DNA from: Takakia lepidozioides
Taxonomy: Eukaryota; Plantae; Bryophyta
DNA length: 64,000 bases
Assembly (NCBI GenBank): GCA_030704615.1
Contig: CM060734.1
Span: 60,202,001-60,266,000 of the forward strand
Direction of reading: 5' to 3'
The notes under the pieces are model-generated. The model did not search any database. It was not told the DNA's origin and saw only the letters and a list, made by a program, of their open reading frames with translations. Position 1 is the stretch's first letter, and each line of letters begins with the position of its first letter. Positions 20,200 through 32,292 of this stretch are shown here, in pieces. Made by a program: the position numbers and the translations under genes.

Positions 20200-23100
20200 T
20201 TGAGTCATTGCAGGATGAGAGGATTGAATCAGGCACAAACGGCCACTTCCACCATGACCACTACCTCTGAAGGAGGAGCAATTGATGGTGTCAATGAGAA
20301 CCCTTCTGGCACTTGTGGGGATGTGATGGCACTGTGTAAGGCAGGACAACTGAAAGAGGCATTGCACATTTTGAACCATGGAGGCATTTCTGTACATTCC
20401 CGTATTTATGTCTGTCTCTTGCAGCAGTGCATTAAAAGTAAAAATTTACATCTGGGAAGGCAGGTGCATACCCATATTATCCAAAATGGATTCAAGCCGA
20501 ACATTGTTCTACTCAACACCCTTGTCAATATGTATGCCAAGTGTGGGAGTGTGGTGGATGCACTCCAGTTGTTTGACAAAATGCCTGAACGGGATGTCTT
20601 TACATGGACTACAATGATCCTAGGATATGCGAAGCAAGGGTGTGGTAGGGATGCTTTCAAGATGTATGAGCAAATGATATGGGAAGGGGTGAAGCCGAAT
20701 AATGTCACATTCATCGGGGCTCTCAATGCATGTGCCAACCTAGCAGCTCTGGAAAAAGGCAGAGAGGTGCATGCTGACATCATTAAAGCTGGAATTGAGC
20801 CAGATATCATTCTGGAGAATACCCTTGTTGACATGTATTCTAAATGCGGAAGTATGAAGGATGCACGTCAAATGTTCAACAATATGGCAGAACGAGATGT
20901 AGTGTCATGGAATGTGATGATCTCAGGATATGCCCAGCATGATGGTGGTAGGGAGGCTGTCAAAATGTATGAGCAAATGATTGGGGAAGGGCTGACGCCC
21001 AACAAGGTCACTTTCATTGGCGTTCTCAATGCGTGTGCACGCACAGGATCCCTGGAAAAGGGCAAGGAGATCCATGCTGATATGAGGAAAAATGGAATTG
21101 TAGCAGATATTATTTTGGAAAATACCCTTGTTGATATGTATGCCAAATGTGGGAGCATAATAGATGCACGTCAAGTGTTTGACAATATGGCTAAACAAGA
21201 TGTAGTCTCATGGAATGCCATGATTGCAGGATACACTCAGCATGGCTGTGGCGGGGAGGCTTTGAAGATGTATGAGCAATTGAGACAGCAAGGTGTGTCA
21301 CCAAGCATGGTGACATTTATTTGTGTTCTCAATGCGTGTGCCAACCTGGCAGCTCTGGAAAAGGGGAAAGAGGTCCATGCTGACATCTTCAAAGCTGGAT
21401 TTGTGCCAGATATCATTCTGAATAATACGCTTGTTGACATGTATGCGAAATGTGGGAACATGAAGGATGCTCTTCGAGTGTTCAAAAACATGGCAGAACA
21501 AAATGTGGTCTCGTGGAATGTGATGATGGCCGGGTATGTTCAATATGGTTGTGGTCAGGATGCTCTCGTCATGTATGAGCAAATGATACGGGAAGGAGTG
21601 TCACCAGACAAGGTTACATTCATTTGTGTTATCAATGCATGTGCGAGCCTGGCAGACCTGGAAAAGGGCAAAGAAGTTCATGAGGACATCCTGAAATCTG
21701 GAATTGCGCCATATGTTAATTTGGAGAATACTCTTGTTGACATGTATGCCAAATGTGGGAGGGTGAAGGATGCGCGTCAAATGTTCAACAATATGACTGA
21801 AAGAGATGTAGTCTCCTGGAATGCGATGATCTCAGGATATGCGAAGCATGGGTGTGGTGGGGAGGCTGTGATGATGTATGAGCAAATGGTACAGGAAGGG
21901 GTGTCACCTAACAAGGTTACATTCGTTTGTGTTCTTATTGCGTGTGCCAGCCTGGCATCCCTGGAAAAGGGCAAAGACATCCATGCTGACATCATCAAAT
22001 CTGGAATTGAGCTAGACATCATTCTGGAAAATACCCTTGTGGACATGTATGCCGAATGCGGGAACATGAAGGATGCTCTTCGAGTGTTCAATAGTATGGC
22101 TCAACGGGATGTGGTCTCATGGAGTGCAATTATAGCAGGATATGCTCACCATGGTTGTGGTAGAGAGGCTCTTGAGATGTATGAGCAAATGATACTGGAA
22201 GGGATGATGCCCGATAATGTGACATTCATTTGTGTTCTCAGTGCATGTGCCAGCCTGGCAGACTTGGAGAAAGGCAGAGAGGTCCATGCTGACATCCTGA
22301 AAGCTGGAATTGTGCCAGATACGATCCTGGAGAACACCCTTATGGACATGTATGCCAAATGCGGGAGGGTGAAAGATGCACGTCAAGTTTTTGACAAAAT
22401 GACTGAGAGAGATGTGGTCTCATGGAATACAATGCTCGCAGGATATTCTCAGCATGCTTGTGCTAGGGAGACTTTTGAAATGTATGAGCAAATGACATGG
22501 GAGGGAGTCGCCCCCAACAAGGTCACGTTCATATGTGTGCTCAATGCATGTGCCAGCCTGGCAGCCCTCGAAAAGGGCAAAAAGGTCCATGCTGATATCA
22601 TCAAAGCTGGAATTGCATCATATATCAATCTGGAGACTACTCTTGTCAACATGTATGCCAAATGTGGGAAGCTGAAGGCTGCATGTCATGTGTTTGACAA
22701 TATGGTTGAACGAGATGTGGTCTCATGGAATGCGATGATAGCAGCATATTGTCAGCATGGTTGTGGTAGGGATGCCCTCGAACTATTTGAACAAATGCAA
22801 CAGGAAGGCTTGAAGCCCAATGGTGTTACTTTCATATGTGTTCTCTCTGCATGTAGCCATGTGGGCCTAGCAGATGAAGGCAGTCACTACTTGGATTCCA
22901 TGAGTCATGATCATGGTCTCATTCCAACAATTGAGCATTTTGGCTGCATGGTGGACCTTCTTGGCCGAGCAGGGCGACTGGATGCGGCAGAGGACTTGAT
23001 CAACAATATGCCACTCCAACCAGGTGCTGCTGTGTGGGGGGCCTTGCTTGGGGCCTGCAGAGTCCATAGCAATATTGAGGTAGCAGAGCGTGCGGCAAAA

Positions 23101-23640
23101 TGTCTTTTGATGTGGGACCCAGAGGAGGCTGCAACTTATGTGCTGCTGTCAAACATCTATGCAGCTGCTGGCAGGTGGGAGGATACTGCAAGGGTGAGAA
23201 AAATGATGCAGGACAGAGGGGTCAGAAAGGAGCCAGGGCGTAGCTGGATTGAGGTGGACAACTGGGTGCATACATTTGCTGTGGGAGACAAAATGCATCC
23301 ACAAATTGAGGAAATCCATGCTGAGCTGAAGATACTGTCCAGGCAGATGAAGGAGGCTGGGTACGTGCCTGACACACGCTATGTATTGCATGATGTGGAG
23401 GAGGCGCAGAAGGAATTTTTTCTTTGCCAACACAGCGAGAAGCTGGCCATTGCCTTTGGGCTCATCAGCACACCCCCTGGGACGCCTATACACATCATCA
23501 AAAACCTTAGGGTGTGTGGCGACTGCCACACTGCCACTAAGTTCATCTCAAAGATTGTTGGGCGATCGATTATTGTAAGGGATGCAAATCGCTTTCACCA
23601 CTTTGAAGATGGTGCTTGTTCTTGTGGGGAGTACTGGTGA
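20200..23640 (+). CDS. PLS-class PPR protein with E1-E2-DYW deaminase domain (organellar C-to-U editing factor); main exon, true start probably in upstream exons
   Basis: 8 L-S-P triplets plus L2, S2, E1, E2; PG box PGRSWIEV; Zn ligands HSEKLA and CGDCH; ends EYW. Likely acceptor ttgcag| at ~20212. Confidence 0.97.
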   Translation: MSHCRMRGLNQAQTATSTMTTTSEGGAIDGVNENPSGTCGDVMALCKAGQLKEALHILNHGGISVHSRIYVCLLQQCIKSKNLHLGRQVHTHIIQNGFKPNIVLLNTLVNMYAKCGSVVDALQLFDKMPERDVFTWTTMILGYAKQGCGRDAFKMYEQMIWEGVKPNNVTFIGALNACANLAALEKGREVHADIIKAGIEPDIILENTLVDMYSKCGSMKDARQMFNNMAERDVVSWNVMISGYAQHDGGREAVKMYEQMIGEGLTPNKVTFIGVLNACARTGSLEKGKEIHADMRKNGIVADIILENTLVDMYAKCGSIIDARQVFDNMAKQDVVSWNAMIAGYTQHGCGGEALKMYEQLRQQGVSPSMVTFICVLNACANLAALEKGKEVHADIFKAGFVPDIILNNTLVDMYAKCGNMKDALRVFKNMAEQNVVSWNVMMAGYVQYGCGQDALVMYEQMIREGVSPDKVTFICVINACASLADLEKGKEVHEDILKSGIAPYVNLENTLVDMYAKCGRVKDARQMFNNMTERDVVSWNAMISGYAKHGCGGEAVMMYEQMVQEGVSPNKVTFVCVLIACASLASLEKGKDIHADIIKSGIELDIILENTLVDMYAECGNMKDALRVFNSMAQRDVVSWSAIIAGYAHHGCGREALEMYEQMILEGMMPDNVTFICVLSACASLADLEKGREVHADILKAGIVPDTILENTLMDMYAKCGRVKDARQVFDKMTERDVVSWNTMLAGYSQHACARETFEMYEQMTWEGVAPNKVTFICVLNACASLAALEKGKKVHADIIKAGIASYINLETTLVNMYAKCGKLKAACHVFDNMVERDVVSWNAMIAAYCQHGCGRDALELFEQMQQEGLKPNGVTFICVLSACSHVGLADEGSHYLDSMSHDHGLIPTIEHFGCMVDLLGRAGRLDAAEDLINNMPLQPGAAVWGALLGACRVHSNIEVAERAAKCLLMWDPEEAATYVLLSNIYAAAGRWEDTARVRKMMQDRGVRKEPGRSWIEVDNWVHTFAVGDKMHPQIEEIHAELKILSRQMKEAGYVPDTRYVLHDVEEAQKEFFLCQHSEKLAIAFGLISTPPGTPIHIIKNLRVCGDCHTATKFISKIVGRSIIVRDANRFHHFEDGACSCGEYW

Positions 23641-24408
23641 AACAAGCTACTTGTATTATAGAGAGTGTGATGCTTCCATTGTAGGGCGCTACTCTATCGT
23701 TATTTCTGTAAGCAAAGAGTAGAGATTGGCAGGAATACTTTGTATCATTGAACGACACAGGCATTACTGTGGTGATGATCACCATTTACTGATGCGCATC
23801 AAACAGCATCAATAAAACCTTATTGCACAGGAATGCATGTCAACAGATTAAATTCTTGGGATTCAAAGTTGTGAACCCAGAGTGGCATCCAGAGGGTAAT
23901 GTCTTTGAAGTGCTAGATAGATGCCTAAACACCCATGTCGTCACCTGTAGAAGCAACTTCATGGACAGCGATGGCAATTATGGAGGAAAGCATCTTTACT
24001 TTAATGGGAAATCTCTAAAACAACTCGGCAATGCCACGCCAGTGCAGGTGTACATGTGCCTGGAGTAATGGCGGGGGTTTCTCTTAGGACTGCCATAAGT
24101 GGAGCACTGTCAGAGGTTAATGAACACATGCTACAGTAAGAATTGTGCAGAGCGATGAGCCAAGAGAAGATGAATCTCGGAACTGGGAGATTGCAGGAAG
24201 CTCACAATCCTGATAGCAACAAGGATTTATCCCATCGTGTCATCCATCCATCCACTTCGTCTCTCTCAAAGCGCCGGAGCGTGGGGGATGCTGGATCGTA
24301 ATGGTGGAATGCTGTAAGCCCTAGTTACTTCCAGACGGCGGCACTAGAGCTAGATCTGTTATCGCAGAGCGTGCAAATTTGGCAAGAAGTATATTTGAAT
24401 TGGTGGAA

Positions 24409-27400
24409 ATGTTTGAGCGAGCGTTGGCCCGTCTGGAGGCGGCAGTAGATCGGTTGGAGGCACTGGAATTGCGCTCCACACGCTCAGGAATTCCCATCGA
24501 AAGCCCCGCTTGTGCTGGAGGGAAACCCGCTTCCGCCTCTGTGGCTGCGTTTGATGAGTTGATGCGGTCTAGGGTGGGCCGATTGTTAGCAGAAGCAGAC
24601 AAGATTGGAGGACAAGTCTTGCAGTCGTCGCAGCTGGTGCAATGTGCCTTCGAAGCGGAGAAATCGGTTGTACTTGCGATTTCGCAATGTCAGGTAGTCG
24701 CGGCTTAAATCTTCTCTTGTCTGTATGTTGTCGGGGTTTATTGTGACGGGATGATCCGTCACGCATTGAGGTTCCAGGAGTTACTTCCCCAAATCACATT
24801 CTTGTGTGGCAGTGGGAAGGATGGAGTTTCCCACGATAACACTTTGGAGAATGCAGCGAAGTGATCGTTCCTGCAAATGAACGGTACCACATACCCTTGA
24901 AAGCAATATCCTCGTGGGATGCCTAGCCCTCTCGGAATGGGTTTGGCTTTTTCACACCCCATATTCTGAAACTTAGGCTGGAGCTCTTCTGCGCAGCCGA
25001 AAATCATTGACTGACAGAGAATTGTGTGGGGACTAAAAGCGGTGGATTGGAATAATGCTAGAAAGCCTAATGTTGATATCAGCACTCCTATATACTACTA
25101 TAGTCTTGTACCTTACTCACATGGGACGAATATGGCTGGGGTGGCACTGCGAGTCACACAGTGATGCGAAATGCAGAAGGAGAAATGTATCTTGCTGTCT
25201 GATCGTCAAGGTTGGACTTACAACACTTATTACTCACAAGAAAACAATGACCTCATTGGTTGTGCTCCCTCTAACACCTTGGTGTTCCATTCTCCACGTC
25301 GTCAAGAATTTTTGTGGACCTGGATATGAAAATCTGGAAGGAGCTAATGGAAGATGCAAATGCTCTTTGCTCAGATTCTCATTGTGAAGGTGAATTAACT
25401 CATGTCTTCTAACACAGGTAAGAGGGGGTTAGGATGTCCAGACTCTAAGTAATGGCCATTTCCTGTTCTCCTCATAAAACAATCCGGCAATCATAGAAGA
25501 TTGATAATTGTTGAGAACTGAATGGAGGTAAATCCTGAGCTAGGAACAAACCATTTACAATGAGAGGGTGCATGTGAATAACTGTATGTATGAATGTGGA
25601 TTGGCATAGCAGCAGCCCGACAGGGAGGGTTTGCAAAAATTGGTACAGCCGTTGGCTGATGCCATCACCAAGGCGAACACATTGACAGGAGGGCGGAAGA
25701 CTGAGTCCTACAATCACCTGAAAGCAGTGGCTGAAAGTATGTCAGCACTCTATTGGGTGTTTTATGCTGGAAAAGACTCTGGTAATCTTCTTTCTCACCA
25801 CAACTGGTTCCACTTAGGGCAAGGTATTTCGGTTCTTTCATCTACACTACTAGCTAGCTTCAATCACTGCTAGCTAGATCATTGCTGGGGTCCAGGGACA
25901 GTCTGGGAGTGAACCTGCTCTACTCATAGTTCTGTTAGATGGTTAGGCTGTGCACTGGCATATGATTCTTATACTCTTCGTCTTTGGCTGTAAGTTTATG
26001 TGACAGTGGTGAACTTCCAGGAATTCAGCTGGATTCTAACAGTAACATAGGGCTTGGCTATTTCAGGGCTGAGTCTGCCAGGGCCCCATGTTGAGGAAAG
26101 CTGGGAATCTGCTGAATTCTACAGCAATAAGGCAAGCCTATATCTGTGCTGTCGCAGTGATTTTTCAAACAACTGAAGATGTAACCAGGCAGTGGTTCCC
26201 CTACCTCGAGGGCCATCATTGAATGCTTCCATGTTGATATTGTTGGAATAGGATCAACACCCAACACATATTGTTGGAATAGGATCGTCTGCTTTTATTT
26301 TGTGCCTGATACAGAACTGTTCACCTCTCCCATAAAGCTATGCCCAAATCTAAAAATCTGTTTGTTCTCTCTTGGGACAATCGACAATGTAGTTACACTG
26401 GCCTCCTACAGTTGTAATTCCCTTCTTATGACAAGAAGTTATGTGCGTGATGGAATGGAACAGGTGATCATGGAGTATAAGAGCAAGGATGCCAATCACT
26501 GGATGTGGGCAAAAGCTTTAAAGGAGCTCTATGTGCCAGGCTTGCGGGACTATGTAAAACTGTTCCATGCCACTGGCCCTGCGTGGAACCCCAATGGCAT
26601 TATTGTGTCGCAATTTAATTCTAGTCTGCAGCCAAGCCCTCCTCCTCCTCCACCTAAAGCCCCGCCCCCTCCTCCTGCCCCCCTGGGTCCGCCTCCCCTG
26701 CCCTTGCCTTCATTTGCTCCAAGCTCATCTGCCCGAGCACCACTCAGCATGAATGCTGTCTTCAATGAGATCAACAAGGGGGAAGCTGTAACCACAGGTT
26801 AGTGTTCGTCTCAATCATCTGGACTGTGGGCACTATTCTCTTACACAATTGTAGTGTCACCTGGGAGTTCCCCAAAGTACGCCAAGGTGTTCATTGTTGC
26901 CAAGTATAGGATTTTTCTCTGATGACCAGTTGACTTGCAAACAGGTTGTGAAGCCTCTAACTTAGACCACTTGAACACGATGAGTCCTGGGAGCATGACT
27001 GGCTTTGTCCATTGGCTTCTTGCTGAAAGCTCCTGGAGCTATTGGGCTTTAGCTGTGCAGTGCTAGGGCTACATGGTTTAGGTGGTTCTGAAATCTTTAC
27101 TACATTTTTGCACTTCAGAAGTGCCTTCGTTTTTCTACCATCAAATGGTTGTGAGGATCCAGGCTGATCTTCACTGCCATTGATGGGAAACCTATGTCCT
27201 TGTTTGCCACCACAACCGATGCATAATTGAAGTGCCCGAGCCATGCTGGTGATTGTCCAGGGCTGAAAAAGGTGACAGATGACATGAAGACAAAGAACCG
27301 TGCGGATAGGTCGGGAGCTGTTCCAGCGAGCAACACTTCTTCAGGAAAGGAGGAGGTTGGGCGCTCTGTGGCAGCCTCCCCCAAGATTGGGATGCCCAAG

Positions 27401-30370
27401 TTTGAGCTGCAGCTAGATCGCAAGTGGGCCTTCTTCTCTCATTCTTGTTTGCCAGCCTTGTCCCTTTGAACTCAACAATCTCAGTGCATCCCGAACCCAC
27501 GGTTCCCCTGTCATCATTCTGTGACTTCATTTAATATCATGCAACGTTTTCAACAAAAATTGATTGCTGCACACATGCATCCCACCGTGGGAGTCAACTG
27601 ACACTGTACTGCAATGTATGTAAGCTGATTAGTCATTTCTGAAGTCCATGAAGAAGCTGTTTGAATGAGTGAGCACACCTGTTAGTGTAAAGACTTGAAA
27701 GTCGGAGGCTGCAGTGAACAGTTTCCAGCAAGTTTTTCAATTTGTTGAAAACTGAATGGAAACTTCATGCTAGTTTACACATTACTGGTCCTGTTATGTG
27801 TCTTGCTAACAGGGAAGCTTGCTTTGAAGTGTAGGTGGGTAGTGGAGCATCAAGAGGGCAACAAGAATCTTGTCATTGACAGTTGCAATTCGCGGCAATC
27901 TGTCTATCTCTTTGGCTGCAAGGATTCTTTGGTCCAGGTTAAAGGTAGACCTGATACTTCCCCTTCTCTCTCATTTCATTGTCGATGAAGGATTATTTGT
28001 TTATTGAGTTATACTGAAGGACTTCTCAGGAAACAATTTGTTGCTTGCTTTCAGTGCAGTATGTAAACAATGTACTGATGATAATAGTTAACATCTCTCT
28101 GTCTCCCTTTCCACTGGGACACCTATGTTTCTTGCTCTCTGTGTGTTTCTCTTTCTGCACCACAGCTACAAGGCTACGGCAAACAACGTCTTATGAGTAC
28201 ATTGTCTCCGCACCAACTTGCAAGATCTAGAGGCTGAGCCCTACAAACAGCAGATTGATGCTTGTGTGAAGGGCTTCTAGAGGAAATCTGGAAAGTTAAC
28301 TAATTGTGTATATGAAGTCCCACTACTAGAGTGAACCCCCTCACAAAGGTAGTGTCTGTTCCCTTGTGTTCCGCCCAAACCGTGTGTGGGTCTATAGCCA
28401 CAAGGCTGTGGCAAACACTGCTGTGCTTGAACTTTGGGCTAATTTCCTGGTGGGGGCTGTATCTGGAAACAGGAAAAGTGAACAATATTACAGTCGACAA
28501 GTGTACAAAAACAGGACTTGTGTTTACTGTACGTCTGCAGACCTTTCTTTCTTCCGACTCCGATGCCATTGACTGTTAGTAAGCCTCAAATTTTGAGGGA
28601 TGAGAGTCTGACGAGCTTTCATTGGGGTTTCCTAGGCAAAATCATTTGGTGTGAATCTTCACTCTTCAGCATTTGTGTCCAATATCACTTCTGGTTAATG
28701 AACTCTAACATTTCAATGCGAGAATGAGCAATCTTCATTATTTCCATTGTCTGGGTCTGGTGCCATACGTACTTGAACATGTTGTTTAGAAAGATGGTTT
28801 GGCAACTTGTCATGAATGGGTATGGTAATATTATTGCTGTTAGTTTCTGCAAAAACTTCTCTCATTTTGGGAGGATTTTGATTTAAGTGTTTATCAGTCC
28901 TTTGCATGCGTCTGAATGAGTTGAGTATTTTGTAATTGGAATCTTAAGGATGTTTGGACTGCAGGATGTGGTAGCAGCTTGCGAAATTGTGAACTGCACA
29001 AGTGTGGAGGTGCAGTGCCAGGTAATTACAACATTGCACTCCCTTGTACTGTTTTCTCTCTTCCCATGCAGTGAATGTTTGCGACTTTGAGAGGGGACTG
29101 ATGTCGTTCAACATTAGTAATGGAACTGCTAGTTAGTTTTTTACAAGTTACCTGCTGAAAATATTATAAATATCCGATGCGTGGCTGACAAGTAAAACTC
29201 ATGGAATGGATTGATATGATGGCAGGGTACATCGCCAACGATAGCAGTGGATAACACAAACGGGTGCCAGCTTTATCTGGGAAAGGACTCGTTGAATGCC
29301 TCCATTACGACTGCCAAGTCAAGCGAGATCAATGTTCTAGTACCAGGTGTTACCCAGGATGCAGACCCTGTGCGTATCACTTTCCTATGCATACTGCCCA
29401 GAGCTTCTCTATTGTGGACATTGCTATGAGTATGATAGTCATATAATCATTGTGAGTGAGATTATAATTTCACTCTTTGAGTATGAGAAATTCTTGCAGG
29501 AGTATCCAACAAGATAAACTGAATGTCGCACTCTGGGCATGCTTGTTAATAGATGAACAAGTGGCCACTACTAGTTCCCTACTAGATCCACCTCAGAAAT
29601 CTTGTTAGTGTCTCTTCTGTAGTACTGATATGCAATCACATGAGACAGATTCAAATATGAATGATTTTTACCAGAAAATAGTGGTCAATATTGTGTGTTG
29701 GTATGTCGGAATCCCCAAGCACCTGCTGAGTCAGTTCTTAGACCCTCTATCTTGTTTCAGTTTTATTTCCTTCTGGATCTGAGAAGAGGTATTCCTTCTT
29801 GCCTCCTCTTTAGCAATCTTCATTCCGGGCTTCTTACAAGAGAGAGAGAAGACGCCGGCCAGAGCCTGCGTAACTAAGAGCCACTTCGTCTTACGACTAC
29901 TGCTCCCCCTTTTGGGGGTGGGCCCTATATAATGGGTTTCTTACAACCATTGATCGCTCCAGTCTCTGTCTGTCCACAGTAGTGCTCCTTTTAAAAGCTA
30001 CATACTATCAACTCCTCTACTAAAGGGACCATGCAAATATCCATTAAAATATGTTTTCATTACTTGTTTGGGACCTCTTCTTCAGTCAATCCTTTGCAGC
30101 TGTGATGTCTCAAAGTCTGATCTTTTGTTGAGTGCTATAGGCGCACTATAGGCGCTTTGTACCATCACTTCAACTGCTGAAGTGAACCTCCTTTTAGTTG
30201 CTACAACAACATTATTGAGCTACAGGGCTTTCATAAGTATAATATAAATACCTCTTTTTCTCATATGGTGTTGTCGTGCACAGGTGGAACATGCGTTGCC
30301 GGAGCAGTTTGTCCACAAGTTCCAGACCGGACAGTTTCTCACCACCCCAGTTTCGCACTCAGGGGGCTAA
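24409..30370 (+). CDS. CAP1: Adenylyl cyclase-associated protein (CAP/Srv2, actin monomer binding), 10 exons
   Basis: Exons 24409-24693, ~25610-25781, 26067-26131, 26464-26797, 27261-27423, 27835-27944, 28473-28528, 28965-29021, 29226-29369, 30284-30370. N-terminal RLE motifs, NHLKAVAES, poly-Pro, WH2-like GLKKVTDDMKTKNR, CARP repeats (GKVNNITVDKC, TAKSSEINV, EHALPEQF). Confidence 0.96.
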
Positions 30371-32292
30371 TTTACTTCTGCAGAGACAGTCCAATTGATG
30401 CAGGTTAGATGAAGATGAGGGACAGTGGCTACTTGGCTCGTCTGTGGCATCTGAGCTGCTAAGCGAGGAATACAGGGGGGTCTGGGGAGGTTTTACCAGG
30501 CAGCACATGGATCTGGTCTCTGTTGGAGATGCTTCTCTTGAGCTTTTTGTCTCTGAGGTGAAATTCAATGGGTGCTCTACAAAGAACCTTGCCTCAATCC
30601 CAGGGGAAGTGAGTGATGAAGCAAGGCAGTGTTCCAGTAAGGAATGCCTAGGGGAATGTCAATAAGTTCGAAAAAGAGAGGACTCCTCTCCACACAATCA
30701 CAACTTCTATGCCTGGAAAGTCAGGTGTCTTCCACATGTCTACATTCCATCTCCAATGGCTTTGCCCTATTTCATTAGTTGTAAGAATTATTTGGTTCAA
30801 TGCCCACCATTGAGCTCAATCTGAACGTATAGGAAATTGCTGTGGAACATGGGACCCATTTTGCAACTCCTCTTTCAATCTATTTTCTAGGGAGATAAAG
30901 TTGCCATTATTCACAAAAGTCGAGCTGTCCAAGTTTGGTGACAGTGTTGCATGTCTACCATGTGTTCTTTCAGAACAAATTCCCATGCATGGTGAGTAAA
31001 GAAAAACATCAATTGCTTGTTTGTCCTCATTATAATATTTCTCTCCCGTCCTGCGGTTGTCTGTGCTTCCTGTTGAAGCGGGAAGATGTCAGGGTGGCGT
31101 TGTCTTGAGCTCCTAACACCACAGTTTTGCATTGACTAGACATACTTGTGTCTAGCTTTGGATAGGCAAGAGGCTGGTAGACCTGCATGGTGGTAGCATT
31201 GCAACTGTGCTAGTTGAGCTAAATTTTCATGCTCTGGTTTATCTGATACAGAAAGATAGCTGTGGAGATAGATGAAGAAGTGCCATGGATTTTGTCATGT
31301 TGATTCTGCTGCGTATTGCAAGGACAGAGTCACATAGGCTTAAAATATTTACTTGTTGTCAACCGGCAGAATATTAGAAGCAAGAAAGCTACAAAACCCC
31401 GGAACTGGAGGATGTGAACACAAAGTTGAAATTAAACATCTATAAGTGGCTGATATCAGAAAAATCAAATAGCCGGGCAACACAACACACAACCTTTAAG
31501 TCATCCTCTGCTTGTGACCGAAGTTTACAGCTTAGGACAGGCAGCAGTGATAAGCAATCTGTGTATCTCTCTCCATGTGGCTGCACACATACAGCTTCAA
31601 CTTCTTGCAGTAAAAGTCCATCGTCATGAAAACCCTCAAACTTCCAGATACTATATATTGAAACCTCTACCACAAGAAAGCAGCTTCTAAGAACCGAGTG
31701 GTCGTCTAGAACTTTCTCAAACAGTTTTTAGCAGAACTTCAAGACTCTGACTTGAGGTTCTGTTGCGAATCTACTCTCCTCCACAGCTAGGCTCCCCCAG
31801 CACCTCTACTGAATAAACACTACGTAGGTTCTTGGGCACTGAAAGGCCTGTAATGTGCAATACTCTCACAGATTAAATGGCAATGGCGTTTACCCTACGA
31901 ATGTTAAAGACTACATGGTGGAAAGTGAGCATATGTGCTGCTGGCTTCAGAGTGCAAAGACTCCAGAAAAGGTAAACACCAAACTTGATAACTTGCCCTG
32001 CCGCTTCTTCACTAATCCACAATGATAACATCCCCGACGGCCTAGATTGCAAAGCTGGAGCAAATGTCCTCAGGTAGATCATGGGCCCTTGAGGAAGTCC
32101 TTCAGGAAGATCCTGACTCTAGGACTTGATTAATTGCAAGGAGCTCATAATCACTATCTCACTCAAGGTTGGTAGCTCAGTGACAGCAAAGCAATGTCAA
32201 TAGTTTTGCAAGTACTGACACCTGTGTGAGATCCTTAGTGAGTTTGTGCACAGAAATCAGGAGTCCTGTTTCGCCTGAAACTCATTTGGATG

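Noticed and set aside
20406-23529. Antisense ORFs over the PPR gene (similar ones lie over the coiled-coil and PPR-SMR exons)
   Set aside because: Shadow frames of repetitive coding sequence.
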